DNA of 64,000 bases from an uncultured virus (IMG/VR IMGVR_UViG_3300031963_000026). Taxonomy: Duplodnaviria; Heunggongvirae; Uroviricota; Caudoviricetes. The stretch lies in IMG/VR virus record IMGVR_UViG_3300031963_000026, positions 62,001 to 126,000 of that record; one strand, written 5' to 3'. The notes beneath the pieces were generated by a model. The model ran no database searches, was not told the origin of the DNA, and worked only from the letters and a program-made list of their open reading frames with translations. Made by a program: the position numbers and the translations under genes. Within the stretch, counting starts at the first letter, position 1; the number at the start of each line of letters is the position of its first letter. Shown piece after piece: positions 20,881-32,085 of this stretch.

Positions 20881-22567
20881 TTAAGGGTTGGGTTATTAGG
20901 TCGGAAACTACCATTTCAAAGTTTCCACCTTCGGGTATTAATCTAAATATTCCTACATTTGTGGGATAATGAGATTGATTTAAGAACGGAAAATCAACAC
21001 CATTATTTTCATTATCTATGAACCCATAATCATATATTTCTCTAAAACTTAAATTACCATTAGTGTTGGAATAATAAGCGTAGTTAGGAACCCCAAAAGT
21101 TCCCGTAGAGTCACTAGATTCAATGTAAGATGATAATTCCCTTATCTTCAATGGTTGATGTACCGAATAATAATAACCACTAGGATTTGTTGTTTGGGTT
21201 GAACTCACATCAAATAAATCAGGATTAAAATTTAATTTGTGAAAATAGTTTGATCTAACTATTTCAACCAATTCGGTGTTATTATATTCACAAATGTCAC
21301 CATGAATTATATCACCTTCAGATAACTCCGATAGATAATAAAAATCATAATTGGTACCACCCGTAGTAACTCTATATGAATTCAATGAAATATCTTCAAC
21401 ATTACTATTGTTGGTATCATCCCACCATCTTGACGTATTACCCGAAAAAATACTGTAACCCCATCCTTTCTTTAATCCAAAATTACCAAATCTTGGTTTA
21501 TTGAACCAACCCATATAACCTTTAAACGTTGTTGATAAGTATAATTCTGTAATCGGTATTTGATGATTATCCACTAGCCCTAAAGTATCAACATCGCTTT
21601 TCGGTGTAACCACATAAGAGTTTGTGAATTGTCGTGTAGATATTCTTCCAACCCCATTTGGTGTTAATGCGGAAAATTCATATTTCTGTTTTTTATTAAA
21701 CGGGTTCTCCTCAAATCCTGCCTTTGTTATTTGCATTTGAGAAGGTGTTTTTAATATTTTGTGTAATCTAATGTAATAATTAGATGTGGAATCTTGTGGG
21801 TTTTCAGAATTTATAACACGTTTGAAAGTTCCTTTAGCACCATTTGAGAATGTAAATCCTGTATAACCAACATCAATAATGTTGAAAACATATTTATCAC
21901 TACCATATTGTTCATTACCCAATAGATCCACTTGAAAAGTGCTAACGTCATCATAAGTAAGAGATAATTTAACCGACTCCCCAACACTTAATCCGTGTGG
22001 CATTGGACAATTAAACGAAATATATTGTAATCCATTGTAAATATTTGTTGTTATTTTGAATGGTAATCCATCCGAAATATTCCAAGTAACCAAGTCATCA
22101 TCACCAAAATAATGTGTTAAATTATAATTAGTTAAAGATGAAAAAACATAGGAAATATAAAAATTCCAATTATATGATGTCGCACTTACCGGTTTATATG
22201 TTACGTGTTGATTGTCTGTATCATATCTTATAACATCAAACTCTGAATGACTAGGATATCCACTCCATTGACCATTCAATAAGGATTGTGTTTGATTAAC
22301 ATAACCCAAACTATCCCTAAACGGGTTATACTTAGCATAACCAACCAAGTTGTTGTCGTATATAAACGAGAACTTATAAGTCGGTCTAAATATTGTGCAA
22401 GTTTGACGTTCATTATTATAAAGTTCTTGTAAATTAACATAAGTATTCCTGTCGGATTCATTAATCTCCCTCTGAGAACTTTCTAAATTTATCGGAACTA
22501 AGATATCTGTCTCGGGTGCCGATGCAAAGTTAGAACTTGGTTGTAATATGGTATAATTATTAATCAT
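20864..22567 (-). CDS. Hypothetical structural protein
   Basis: 567-aa ORF overlapping neighbours; CPMPHGLSVGESVKLS beta-repeat-like motif. Confidence 0.55.
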   Translation of the reverse strand: MINNYTILQPSSNFASAPETDILVPINLESSQREINESDRNTYVNLQELYNNERQTCTIFRPTYKFSFIYDNNLVGYAKYNPFRDSLGYVNQTQSLLNGQWSGYPSHSEFDVIRYDTDNQHVTYKPVSATSYNWNFYISYVFSSLTNYNLTHYFGDDDLVTWNISDGLPFKITTNIYNGLQYISFNCPMPHGLSVGESVKLSLTYDDVSTFQVDLLGNEQYGSDKYVFNIIDVGYTGFTFSNGAKGTFKRVINSENPQDSTSNYYIRLHKILKTPSQMQITKAGFEENPFNKKQKYEFSALTPNGVGRISTRQFTNSYVVTPKSDVDTLGLVDNHQIPITELYLSTTFKGYMGWFNKPRFGNFGLKKGWGYSIFSGNTSRWWDDTNNSNVEDISLNSYRVTTGGTNYDFYYLSELSEGDIIHGDICEYNNTELVEIVRSNYFHKLNFNPDLFDVSSTQTTNPSGYYYSVHQPLKIRELSSYIESSDSTGTFGVPNYAYYSNTNGNLSFREIYDYGFIDNENNGVDFPFLNQSHYPTNVGIFRLIPEGGNFEMVVSDLITQPLNDDCE

Positions 22568-25500
22568 TATCTATTTCACCTGTTACGTATAATGCGAAAA
22601 ATCTATCCAAAGAAGTTTTTCCCTTTTTTAACCCAAAATAAAAATACCAAGGGTTACCCTGAATTATTTTAGAATTATTGGAACCGGGAACAACTCTTGC
22701 GAAGTAATTACCGTTATTATCCTTTTGATAAATATACCCTCTTCTATCTTCATAGTTGTTTGGACTCGGTTGAAAATAAGGTGCGTTCGTTCTATCTAAT
22801 TGTTGGTACTTTTTACTATAAAATGTCGCCGAATCTGTCACCCATGTATTATCTTCACTACCGAAAATAACACCATCCTCTAAATCTAAAGTCCAATAGT
22901 AAAATGGAACCTCTTGTGAGTTAGTCGGTATATAATCGGCGAAGATCTGAGATGGCGTTTGTAATCTAACCAATCTTTTTGGACTTACCAAATCTCTTGT
23001 TTCCGTTTCACTATCATAAAACACGCCAAACACATTAGTATCAACATAAATCGGACTGTCACTCGAATCTTGATAAGCATCAAAATCAAACGGTTTAATA
23101 CCAAACGTGCTATTAGTTTGCAACATTTGAGCATAATCACCATTTACCTTTTCCTGTCGGTTAAAGAACGCTTCAATACTACCGGCACCTAATCCAAACG
23201 CTTTACCAAAGAACGTGCTGTTCATTAATCTTGACGATAAAAACAAAAACAATAAATCATCAATACTTGAGAATGATGTTGTTTGTAACCTATTGGCAAT
23301 ATACCCTTCATATTGTGGTCCCAAATTTATTTGACTACTCCAAGAAAATTTAGGTCCTAAATCCAATATAGTTGTAGGTGACATCAAATTTTTAGTATTA
23401 GAACCTCTATTATAATCCGTCTCCCTACCTATAAATTTATTAGTATTATCATTATAAGGTGATGATCTATAATAGAAAGATCTCTTGGTTGTAGATCCAC
23501 TATATTGGAATATAGTGTCGGTACAATACCTAAAATAAGGATTATTATTACCATCAAAAAATCTGTCGTTCTTGTATGGATACATAAACAATGTTCCATT
23601 TACCCAAGAATTAAAGAAACTATGTGCAAACGCCCCTTGACACGCAGCGTTTGTTATTCTAAACCTACTTAACCATTCGGTTGCCAATTTAATATCATTA
23701 TTTCTACCAAACAATGAAACAATAGGTGCCGTAACCAATCTATAACATCCCTGAGTAACCACCAACTTGTTTCTAACATTCGTATTACACTCACCCGAAG
23801 AAGGAAGTAATGTGAATTCACCATTCACCGATGTTAAACAATCCATAGCAGTCATACCTTCACAAGAATACGCCGCTGTAGTTGCAGTAATGATTTGAAT
23901 ATCATCGGGACTATCATCCTTATCTTCTGTCGGATTATATAAAATTTGATCGGCAGATGATCCCGGATTTGGAACCGCACTTCCATCCTCATTAAAGATT
24001 TGAATAAAGAAGTTTCTGTTTTGCATCAACGCATACCCATTATTACCATAAGTTTCAACATTTGATGATGTAGGTAACCTATCCGTTCTTAAAACTAAAT
24101 AAGATTGTGATGAAACGGTGGTTGTTAGAGTTCCGTATGTCGGTGCCCAATATTGTGCTGTATTATCATAAAATTGATAACCACCACCATCAACATATTC
24201 ATCCTGAATATACCCTCTATAACTATTACCATTATTAACTAATTTGTTTTTCCTAGTATTAGGTGCTGTCAAATAAAAATAAGCCAAGTTATAATTAATT
24301 TCACCCGTTGTTAAGTTTGTATTACTTAAAGAATTATCAATCAAATAACCATTAGTTATCGTATTAATATCCAATGCTGAATAATATTTAAGATTACCCG
24401 TTTGATATGGTATGAACGTTGTCGCCGAAATTGAGAATGAGGGAAAGAATACTCGTTGTCCGTTACTAACCGTACTATTTGTCGTTATTGAATCATGGTT
24501 AGGTAATCTTAATGAAGAACCGGCATTTACCTGTCTGTTTCTAATCGGATGGTTAAGTTTATAATCACCCGTTACAACAACAGTTCCATATGGTTTAGAA
24601 AACATTCTTGATAAATCATAGGACACTTTCATTTTTTGAGAGTTCGGATCAACACCCCTTACCAAAAATAATACTACATAATCTTGGTAATTTTGAATTT
24701 GCATCATAGGATTCAAAATTATAGGATTGTTAGTATCTGAACCCCTAAAAACTTTGGATGAGTTATAAACATACTCCCAAAAGAATCCGTGTCTATTGTT
24801 AATATCGCTAACGTTAAATGACGTATTAAGATTAGGATTATTTAATATATCCGAAATCTTATATCCTTGTATCACTTGGAAATATTCAATGTCAGCGGCA
24901 AATCTCAAATGCCTTGTTTCATCGGTTTGAGTTACCGCATATGTTGTTGTTAATTCGGGCGCAGTGTCCGATGCAGGATTAGCATAACTTATTGTTAATT
25001 GTGTCTTATTAACAGTTCTACCACTCGTACCCGTTTGAGTTGTACCCGTATATGTTACCATAGGATTTGGGTCATTACTTAATGTAGGATCAACGAATGA
25101 TAATATAGTTCCGGGAACATAGTTATCCAACGCGCCAGGATTAACCATAACTGCAATTACATTGTCATAGTGGAATTTACCTGTGTTCGCAGTTAAGTCG
25201 GGTCTAATCGTAACTTTAATTTGATTCAAACCCTTTACACCATCACCAAAATTAAATGCAGCAACATCATTATTAAAAAATTTAGATTTCGTATTAAATA
25301 AATTAATTCTTTCTGCCAATGTTAAATCCCTACTTCTCCAATCATTAATATTTTCCCAACCATCGGGTAATGAAACAGGAACTTTCAAACCAGGTGATAC
25401 CTCTTGGTTACCCGCAATTATGTTTGATACTTTGTTTTTCTGACTATCATCGGCAAGTCCCAAATTATTAACATCGTATATAGAAATGTCTGATAATTGA

Positions 25501-27398
25501 GCAATGTCCGAAACAACATTACCCTCGGTCCAATTAGATGTGCTTGAATCGGAATATTCATCCTGATCGGTTTGACTACAATCGCACGATTCACAATCGG
25601 GATATGATAGGTTGGAAAGTGCTAACCCTTTTGTTAATACATTAATATTTGGACAATCAACTCTATCTAATTTTTTAGTGCTAAATCCTAATTTTTGTAA
25701 AAAACCAATTAATATATTAATAACATTCACAATACCCTTAACAAAGTTACACAACAACCATTGAACAAAATAAAATATAGGAACCAAAATATGTAATGCA
25801 ATAGTTAAAGGAACAATTAATAAACCAAGTATTGTTAAAAAGAAATTTACAATAATAATTTGGAAATTATTATCTCTAAACGCATCGGTCACAGGAAACT
25901 TATTAACCTCACCTTCACACGTCGGATCGGTAACTTGTTTAATACCAATAAATCTTTGTCTGTTTGCACCTTTTCTATAATAATCAATGAATTGAGAAAT
26001 AGTATAAATTTTATTATATTCAAATTTATAAAAAGTGTCCTCACAATTTATAGCAGCATCAACATCATAATAATCATCCCAATCCAAACTAAAAGCATAT
26101 GATTTTTTTACCGCCAAAAACGCAGCAGGATCGTCGGGAACATTATTTTGGTTACTTGTATATTTTGCAGGATCCACACTTGAACTTGTCCAACCATGTT
26201 CTTTAATGTTTGGAACTAAGAAATTTGCTCGTTTAATACCCACTTCAAAACCCCTTGGTTGATCCCAAGATACCTTAAATCTATATTTCGCACTTGTGGG
26301 AATACCAACTGTAGGATCTTTACTTATCACTCTTTCACCAAATTCATTTGTGGTAACATAGTCCATATTCATAGGAATCTCAATTAACCACGTTCCGTTT
26401 TCATCAATAACTTTTCCGTTGTTTTCTAAATTGAATTGTTCTAAAACAGGAAACCCATTCACGTCTAATCCAACAGTTTGACGAATTGATAGTATTTGAC
26501 CCGGACCTACTGTCGCATTACACAACTTACCTAATCTTTTACCCGTTTTACATCCATTACTGTCTCCCGAATTATTTCTTTTACTTCTATTGATAGCATC
26601 CTCATCATTGTTGGAAAAGATTGACCCCATAAAGGTCGCGGTTGGATTTATATTCAACCCAAATTCTTTTCTTAAATCAAAATCTTTTCTTGTAATACTA
26701 ATATTACAAACTTCACTATCACCCCAAAATGGTTCTACTTGAATATTTTTTGCTAATGTAATTATTTGAGGTAATTCCGATAAATTTGTCGAACTCTTAA
26801 ATTTGATACCATCCAATTGTTCGGGCGTTGCTTTTCCTGCTCGGATTAAATCTTGTGGTGATAATGAAAACTCACCAATGTCGGACACATCCATATCCAT
26901 AAACAAAACGTAATCACCAATAGGAACACCAAAAATCATAAAGTCCCCACTCTCGTTTGTCTTTACCACATATTTGTAATAGGTATCATATACTTGAATA
27001 ACCGTTTGATCGGTTAATGCGTCAGTTTCCGATGGAAAAGTTCCGGTCGGTGTGTGACCTTCATACGACTGAATATAAGGTAATAGATTGTATCTATAAC
27101 CATCTTCATTAATATCCGATACTTGAGTATATGGATAAAGAGCGGAAATAACAGGATCTTGAGTATCCGCCTCAGTAATCGGAATAAATACAGATATTCT
27201 AACATTAGGTATCCCTAATCCTCCGTTGGCAATCACCCTACCAACAACAACCCCATAATCAGCACAGGATCTCGTATAATCATTTGCTTGTTGAATTTTC
27301 AAAGAAAGTATCTCCAAAAACTCATAATCCTGTTCTAAATTGATTTTAATATTTTGATCAATTCCTACTTCAGTACGAATCCTATATGTATTTGACAT
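22560..27398 (-). CDS. Large baseplate-associated protein with internal hydrophobic segment
   Basis: 1612 aa; N-terminal carboxypeptidase-regulatory-like beta sandwich (GVVVGRV...GIPNVRISVF...TNESGDFMIFGVPIG); ~60-aa hydrophobic stretch. Confidence 0.55.
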   Translation of the reverse strand: MSNTYRIRTEVGIDQNIKINLEQDYEFLEILSLKIQQANDYTRSCADYGVVVGRVIANGGLGIPNVRISVFIPITEADTQDPVISALYPYTQVSDINEDGYRYNLLPYIQSYEGHTPTGTFPSETDALTDQTVIQVYDTYYKYVVKTNESGDFMIFGVPIGDYVLFMDMDVSDIGEFSLSPQDLIRAGKATPEQLDGIKFKSSTNLSELPQIITLAKNIQVEPFWGDSEVCNISITRKDFDLRKEFGLNINPTATFMGSIFSNNDEDAINRSKRNNSGDSNGCKTGKRLGKLCNATVGPGQILSIRQTVGLDVNGFPVLEQFNLENNGKVIDENGTWLIEIPMNMDYVTTNEFGERVISKDPTVGIPTSAKYRFKVSWDQPRGFEVGIKRANFLVPNIKEHGWTSSSVDPAKYTSNQNNVPDDPAAFLAVKKSYAFSLDWDDYYDVDAAINCEDTFYKFEYNKIYTISQFIDYYRKGANRQRFIGIKQVTDPTCEGEVNKFPVTDAFRDNNFQIIIVNFFLTILGLLIVPLTIALHILVPIFYFVQWLLCNFVKGIVNVINILIGFLQKLGFSTKKLDRVDCPNINVLTKGLALSNLSYPDCESCDCSQTDQDEYSDSSTSNWTEGNVVSDIAQLSDISIYDVNNLGLADDSQKNKVSNIIAGNQEVSPGLKVPVSLPDGWENINDWRSRDLTLAERINLFNTKSKFFNNDVAAFNFGDGVKGLNQIKVTIRPDLTANTGKFHYDNVIAVMVNPGALDNYVPGTILSFVDPTLSNDPNPMVTYTGTTQTGTSGRTVNKTQLTISYANPASDTAPELTTTYAVTQTDETRHLRFAADIEYFQVIQGYKISDILNNPNLNTSFNVSDINNRHGFFWEYVYNSSKVFRGSDTNNPIILNPMMQIQNYQDYVVLFLVRGVDPNSQKMKVSYDLSRMFSKPYGTVVVTGDYKLNHPIRNRQVNAGSSLRLPNHDSITTNSTVSNGQRVFFPSFSISATTFIPYQTGNLKYYSALDINTITNGYLIDNSLSNTNLTTGEINYNLAYFYLTAPNTRKNKLVNNGNSYRGYIQDEYVDGGGYQFYDNTAQYWAPTYGTLTTTVSSQSYLVLRTDRLPTSSNVETYGNNGYALMQNRNFFIQIFNEDGSAVPNPGSSADQILYNPTEDKDDSPDDIQIITATTAAYSCEGMTAMDCLTSVNGEFTLLPSSGECNTNVRNKLVVTQGCYRLVTAPIVSLFGRNNDIKLATEWLSRFRITNAACQGAFAHSFFNSWVNGTLFMYPYKNDRFFDGNNNPYFRYCTDTIFQYSGSTTKRSFYYRSSPYNDNTNKFIGRETDYNRGSNTKNLMSPTTILDLGPKFSWSSQINLGPQYEGYIANRLQTTSFSSIDDLLFLFLSSRLMNSTFFGKAFGLGAGSIEAFFNRQEKVNGDYAQMLQTNSTFGIKPFDFDAYQDSSDSPIYVDTNVFGVFYDSETETRDLVSPKRLVRLQTPSQIFADYIPTNSQEVPFYYWTLDLEDGVIFGSEDNTWVTDSATFYSKKYQQLDRTNAPYFQPSPNNYEDRRGYIYQKDNNGNYFARVVPGSNNSKIIQGNPWYFYFGLKKGKTSLDRFFALYVTGEIDND

Positions 27399-27469
27399 TA
27401 AATCTCTTTTTGAATAAATAGTTTATACACCATTTTCAAAAAATAATTTAATAAATATAAAAGTGTATC

Positions 27470-29308
27470 TTATGAAAAACTTACCTGAGTTAAATTCTTA
27501 ACCCTAACCGTAATGTCTTTATTCGGATATCTAACTTGATAAATTTGTGATGGTGTTGCAAATATTGTTTGATCAACCAATCCAATTTTTTTGGTAGTAT
27601 CATCCTCATACGGTTGTGATGTTTCGGATGAACTGTATTCACCACCAACCTTACCATAGAAACTAATATCCGATACAGAAATAACCCCGTTTTGGGCTTG
27701 GACTAACCTATTAATATCCGAAGCAAACACATTTTGACCTAATTGTCTTGTAAGTGGGTTCATATATGTGGATATTAAATCAATGATAGATGAAACCACA
27801 ACACCTTGGTTTTGTGCCCCATCCAAAACAACTGATAAATCAACCGCTAAATCTAAAACCTCGGCAACATCAATTTGAACATAATCATTCATCATTCTAT
27901 AGTTTGATAGATATGTTGCCAAATTATTTTTCAATGTGTTTGATACTGTTTGCGTTAATTTACCTGTAGTATCATAAGATAATATTTGTATTTTAATTTT
28001 ATTATCTTCTTCAACTATTGCCACTTTTGCCGGTGCACCAAATTTAGATGGCATTTTTCTAATTATTGCTTCATAATCATTAACTGTTACCGCTCTATTT
28101 TGTGCCGCAAAGTTATATGAAACAAAATTTCTAACTTCTTCAATATTTGGTTGGTTAGCACCACCCACCGCAGCGGTAACATTATTAACCCTCAATGAAT
28201 TAACAACACTCGTATTAATATCTTGTGATGGACCAACCACACTAAAATCAATAGTTCCAAGTGTATTAATAGCACTCACACCTATGTTTGATGATAAACC
28301 ACCACCTATTCTATATTGAATAAAAAATGTTGTATTTACCGTCGGTGCATTACCCAACGCCAAAGTATTTTGATAGTTTGATAAATTAATCGGTACCCCC
28401 AATCTTGTAAATTCTCTTAATTGATCTTCTGCAGAATTAGTTCCACCACCAAAAGTTAGTTTGAAATACCCTTCGGGTGTATATTCTGTAATAAATCTAT
28501 TATCCGTTTGAATATATTGCCCAACTTTAACACCGGGATTGTCAGATGTTTTTGTGGGATCCTCAATAAACACTCTATCTTGGATTAACGCATCAACCTC
28601 ATACCATTTTCCCTCTAAAGTTAAAAAGTCTTGATTTGATGGTGTATTAACATAAGATGTACCATCTTTTTGAATGATTGCAGTGACTCCCAAAACATTT
28701 TTCTCGGGAAGAAATACCTCCAAAAATGGTCTAACGTCCGATGTATTAATAACCTTCTTTAATACCTTAGTAATACCATTCACAATTACTTCACGTTTTG
28801 TGATTGTATAGTTAATTAAATTTCCATTAGCATCAAAGTTTGGAATCTTTAATCGGTTTGGATACCCCTCATTATTGAAGGGTGATGAAAAATCACAATC
28901 ATTAACCAATTCAAAAACTTGTCCCGAACCAACCGCCTGTGATCCCGCTCTTAACATACCCAAATATCTAGTGTCTTCCTTATCACCAAACGCAGGAACC
29001 GTAATTGAAAAATCAGCCAAGGCAACAGATGGTCTCTGCCCCGGAATCTTTAAACCATACGTCCTTGCAATATTATATATTGACGTTTTTTGTTGAGCAT
29101 ATTGAAGAACTGTTTCTTGAATACTTCTGTCAATGTGATAATGTAAATTATCCGCAACCGCAGCGTTTAGGTCCAAAAAAACCGAAAATAACGCAGCGTC
29201 ATTAACGTTTTGAATTAATTCGGGGTAATATGTGCTAACATATCCAACCAACTCATCTCTTAACTCTTGAAAGTCGCGAGGAACATATGATATTTTTTTA
29301 TTTGCCAT
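27470..29308 (-). CDS. Baseplate wedge subunit (T4 gp6 / baseplate J-like)
   Basis: RDFQELRDEL, FGGG, YRIGGG, GGANQPNIEEVR and AQNRAVTVNDY motifs. Confidence 0.9.
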   Translation of the reverse strand: MANKKISYVPRDFQELRDELVGYVSTYYPELIQNVNDAALFSVFLDLNAAVADNLHYHIDRSIQETVLQYAQQKTSIYNIARTYGLKIPGQRPSVALADFSITVPAFGDKEDTRYLGMLRAGSQAVGSGQVFELVNDCDFSSPFNNEGYPNRLKIPNFDANGNLINYTITKREVIVNGITKVLKKVINTSDVRPFLEVFLPEKNVLGVTAIIQKDGTSYVNTPSNQDFLTLEGKWYEVDALIQDRVFIEDPTKTSDNPGVKVGQYIQTDNRFITEYTPEGYFKLTFGGGTNSAEDQLREFTRLGVPINLSNYQNTLALGNAPTVNTTFFIQYRIGGGLSSNIGVSAINTLGTIDFSVVGPSQDINTSVVNSLRVNNVTAAVGGANQPNIEEVRNFVSYNFAAQNRAVTVNDYEAIIRKMPSKFGAPAKVAIVEEDNKIKIQILSYDTTGKLTQTVSNTLKNNLATYLSNYRMMNDYVQIDVAEVLDLAVDLSVVLDGAQNQGVVVSSIIDLISTYMNPLTRQLGQNVFASDINRLVQAQNGVISVSDISFYGKVGGEYSSSETSQPYEDDTTKKIGLVDQTIFATPSQIYQVRYPNKDITVRVKNLTQVSFS

Positions 29309-29312
29309 AATA

Positions 29313-29774
29313 TTAAATATTGATAATTACAAAATCACTAGGACTAAACACATCAGATGTAATAGTATAATCTATTCTAACTCTAGCAGTATATTCCGAT
29401 GTTGCTTGATTAGGTATATACAACTCCTGATTAAATGTATTCCCAATATTTGACACCAATAAAGTTTCCTCTTCATCCGATGCCGCAGTTATGGTGATTT
29501 TGTTAATTCTTAAATTCGGTATAAATTGTTCAACAGATTTTCTAATCTCATCTTCAATACTCGCAAATGTTGGACCATCCATAGGTTCAAATATCAACTC
29601 ATATAAACGAGTTCCAAATTCAGGTAAAAAATACCTACTACCCTTACGGGTTAGCAATAAATGAATTAAATCACTTCTAATTTCTTCATTACTAGTATCC
29701 GATAAATCAAGATACTTACCATTAAACGAATCCCTAAAAGGAAAGTTTATACCATATGTTATACCATTTGCCAT
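29313..29774 (-). CDS. Baseplate gp25-like protein (sheath initiator)
   Basis: LLLTRKGSRYFLPEFGTRLYELIFEP motif. Confidence 0.9.
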   Translation of the reverse strand: MANGITYGINFPFRDSFNGKYLDLSDTSNEEIRSDLIHLLLTRKGSRYFLPEFGTRLYELIFEPMDGPTFASIEDEIRKSVEQFIPNLRINKITITAASDEEETLLVSNIGNTFNQELYIPNQATSEYTARVRIDYTITSDVFSPSDFVIINI

Positions 29775-29804
29775 ATTTTATAAATACAACATACTAGAAA
29801 AGTA

Positions 29805-30020
29805 TTATTGACCCATCTCCTTTTTTATTTCTTGGATTTTATCATACGTTGTTGTAACAACTTTTCTTTTGTTTATCATCTCTTGTCTCGTCTCCTCATC
29901 ATAAGGACAATGACGACAACCGGATCCACAACAGGATCCCCGATCCAAATGATACTGTTCAGTGAATACTACTTTTCCACCATCCAGATAATAATGTTTT
30001 CCTTCTATAAATTCCTTCAT
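29805..30020 (-). CDS. Cys-rich small protein (DUF5522-like)
   Basis: VFTEQYHLDRGSCCGSGCRHCPY signature. Confidence 0.75.
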   Translation of the reverse strand: MKEFIEGKHYYLDGGKVVFTEQYHLDRGSCCGSGCRHCPYDEETRQEMINKRKVVTTTYDKIQEIKKEMGQ

Positions 30021-30150
30021 AAATCACACCTCCCAAATAAAACCATTCATGGGTTATACAATTAAAGTTTAGATAAACGGCAACATGCCAGTTATATAAA
30101 TAATACAAAATAAACGGTAAGAGTAAAACTCTAAAAATCGTACCTATCAT
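29959..30150 (-). CDS. Possible small membrane protein
   Basis: Hydrophobic N-terminus; TATTTAT lies 4 nt before the ATG at 30150; overlaps the DUF5522-like gene. Confidence 0.35.
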   Translation of the reverse strand: MIGTIFRVLLLPFILYYLYNWHVAVYLNFNCITHEWFYLGGVIYEGIYRRKTLLSGWWKSSIH

Positions 30151-30169
30151 AAACATAAATATTTTAGAT

Positions 30170-30196
30170 AAAAAAGGGGTGGAATCCCACCCCTTT
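30170..30196 (-). terminator. Rho-independent terminator after the RNR gene
   Basis: Minus strand: AAAGGGGTGG-gatt-CCACCCCTTT followed by a T run. Confidence 0.85.
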
Positions 30197-30214
30197 GTTA
30201 GACAGTTTAATCAT

Positions 30215-32074
30215 TTATTTAATCTCACAAGCACCACCAGCACAAGCTAACTCACCACTCAAATCAGTATTATCTTGGGTTTCAACAACCTTTGATAAAT
30301 CAATAGAGTGAAGTTTTTCAAACATCTCATAATACCTTTCTTCAGTAATATCTTCAAAAGGTGCCTGAATGTAACTGCCCCCATCGTAAGGTAAAACCGA
30401 TAATCCATTATAGAAGTTTCTATTATTCCACATCCATTCACCCGCCAATTCCCATTCATCTTCTTTCAAAGAAATGGTTGCTGATACGTTATGTGAATTA
30501 GAACCTGTTCTGTGACCTGGTTTAATCCATTCTTGTGATACACGTTTTACACGATCCAAGATTTGGAATGGACTTTCAGTTCTCAAAATAGCACCTTCAG
30601 GTGATTTTTGTGGAACGGAAATAACCGCAGTGTCGTGAGGACGGAAATACTCATCTTCCACTAACTCGGGGTGATTCTCTACCAAGTAAGAATAAATTGG
30701 TTCATTCTTACCCACACGAACACGACGAACATAATAATCGTTGTGCCAAGCGTGAATACCCGATGAAGTTCCAAGAGTTAATGATGTAGTTCCCGCAGGT
30801 TTTACTGTTGTAGATCTCGCCGCAGGATTGATACCAATGATTTTCGCAACTCGCTCATTCTCTTCATTAGCCATAGTAGCCGCTTGTGTCATATCATAAC
30901 CTAACACAGTTCCTGATCCAATACCCGTCATTGATACACCGATCAACGCATCTTTTTCAGTTGTTTTCTTCCAAATATCTCGTAGATAGTGAAAATCAGT
31001 ATAACCCGCTTGTAATGTTCCAATGAACGCCGCCGCTTTTACTCGGGTGTTGAAGTCTTCTTGTGATTCAATATCTGATACATTTACCTCACATAAGTTA
31101 CAAAACTGATATGGTCTCAAAGCGATCTCACAACACGGGTTGGTTCCCCAATCTTTATCGTTTGTAAAGTAGATACCGGGTTCTCCCGCACCTGACAACT
31201 CAACTCGTTTCCAAAGTTCCATAAAGAATTCTTTGGTGATTTTGTGACGAAGAAGAACTGCCGAGTTATTTGCTCTACCACGTTGTGGATTGTTTTCCCA
31301 CCAAGAACCTGATTTACAAGCAATCATCTCATCATCATCAGCACTAAACAAGGAAATCAAAGCTGCCCTACGAATCCCACCTGCTAGTACCGCATCCGCA
31401 ATATGACAAACAATATCATGAACCTCAATCGGACTTAATCTATCACCATCTTCTTTTGAATCTAATACCTTTGTGATATTATGAACACAATCTTTTAATG
31501 GTTGGGGACCCGGTGCTTTACCACCCGATGTTACCAATGCAGCACCTTTTGGTCGGATATCTGAAAAATCAAAATCAGGTGTTGATGTGTTTTGACCAAA
31601 ATATGACTTCATCAATACTTTAATCGCATCCGCCCATCCTTCAATACTATCACCAACCAAGTATCTTCTTTTTCTTGTTGCCGATGGTTTTCTAATTTCA
31701 GGTAATTTATCTACGTGATGTTTCTGAACAGAATAACCAACACCTGTACCACCTAACAATAAGAACATACACTCAGCAAAACTATCCAAGTGGTCTATCG
31801 GTAAGTAAGAACAGTTATAAATTCTGTTTGGTGATATTTCAATTGGTCTTCCCCCAAATTGAAGTGATCTCATTGAAGGTAACACTTTTTTGTTGTAAAC
31901 CAACTTATATACTTCTCTAATCTCTGATTCTAAGGATGGATATTTCTTAATGTGCATATCCATATTTCTTGTAACCAGTTCGTCCCATGTTTCTCTTCTA
32001 TTTAACTCGGGAACATATTTGGCGTATTTCATATACACCGTTAAATCTGACAAAATCTTCTGTGAAGCGTCCAT
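30215..32074 (-). CDS. nrdJ: Class II (adenosylcobalamin-dependent) ribonucleotide reductase
   Basis: PSMR, YNCS, GTGVG, TNPCCEI, TTVKPAGTTS and C-terminal CAGGACE; no small subunit adjacent. Confidence 0.9.
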   Translation of the reverse strand: MDASQKILSDLTVYMKYAKYVPELNRRETWDELVTRNMDMHIKKYPSLESEIREVYKLVYNKKVLPSMRSLQFGGRPIEISPNRIYNCSYLPIDHLDSFAECMFLLLGGTGVGYSVQKHHVDKLPEIRKPSATRKRRYLVGDSIEGWADAIKVLMKSYFGQNTSTPDFDFSDIRPKGAALVTSGGKAPGPQPLKDCVHNITKVLDSKEDGDRLSPIEVHDIVCHIADAVLAGGIRRAALISLFSADDDEMIACKSGSWWENNPQRGRANNSAVLLRHKITKEFFMELWKRVELSGAGEPGIYFTNDKDWGTNPCCEIALRPYQFCNLCEVNVSDIESQEDFNTRVKAAAFIGTLQAGYTDFHYLRDIWKKTTEKDALIGVSMTGIGSGTVLGYDMTQAATMANEENERVAKIIGINPAARSTTVKPAGTTSLTLGTSSGIHAWHNDYYVRRVRVGKNEPIYSYLVENHPELVEDEYFRPHDTAVISVPQKSPEGAILRTESPFQILDRVKRVSQEWIKPGHRTGSNSHNVSATISLKEDEWELAGEWMWNNRNFYNGLSVLPYDGGSYIQAPFEDITEERYYEMFEKLHSIDLSKVVETQDNTDLSGELACAGGACEIK

Positions 32075-32085
32075 TTTAATTCTTT

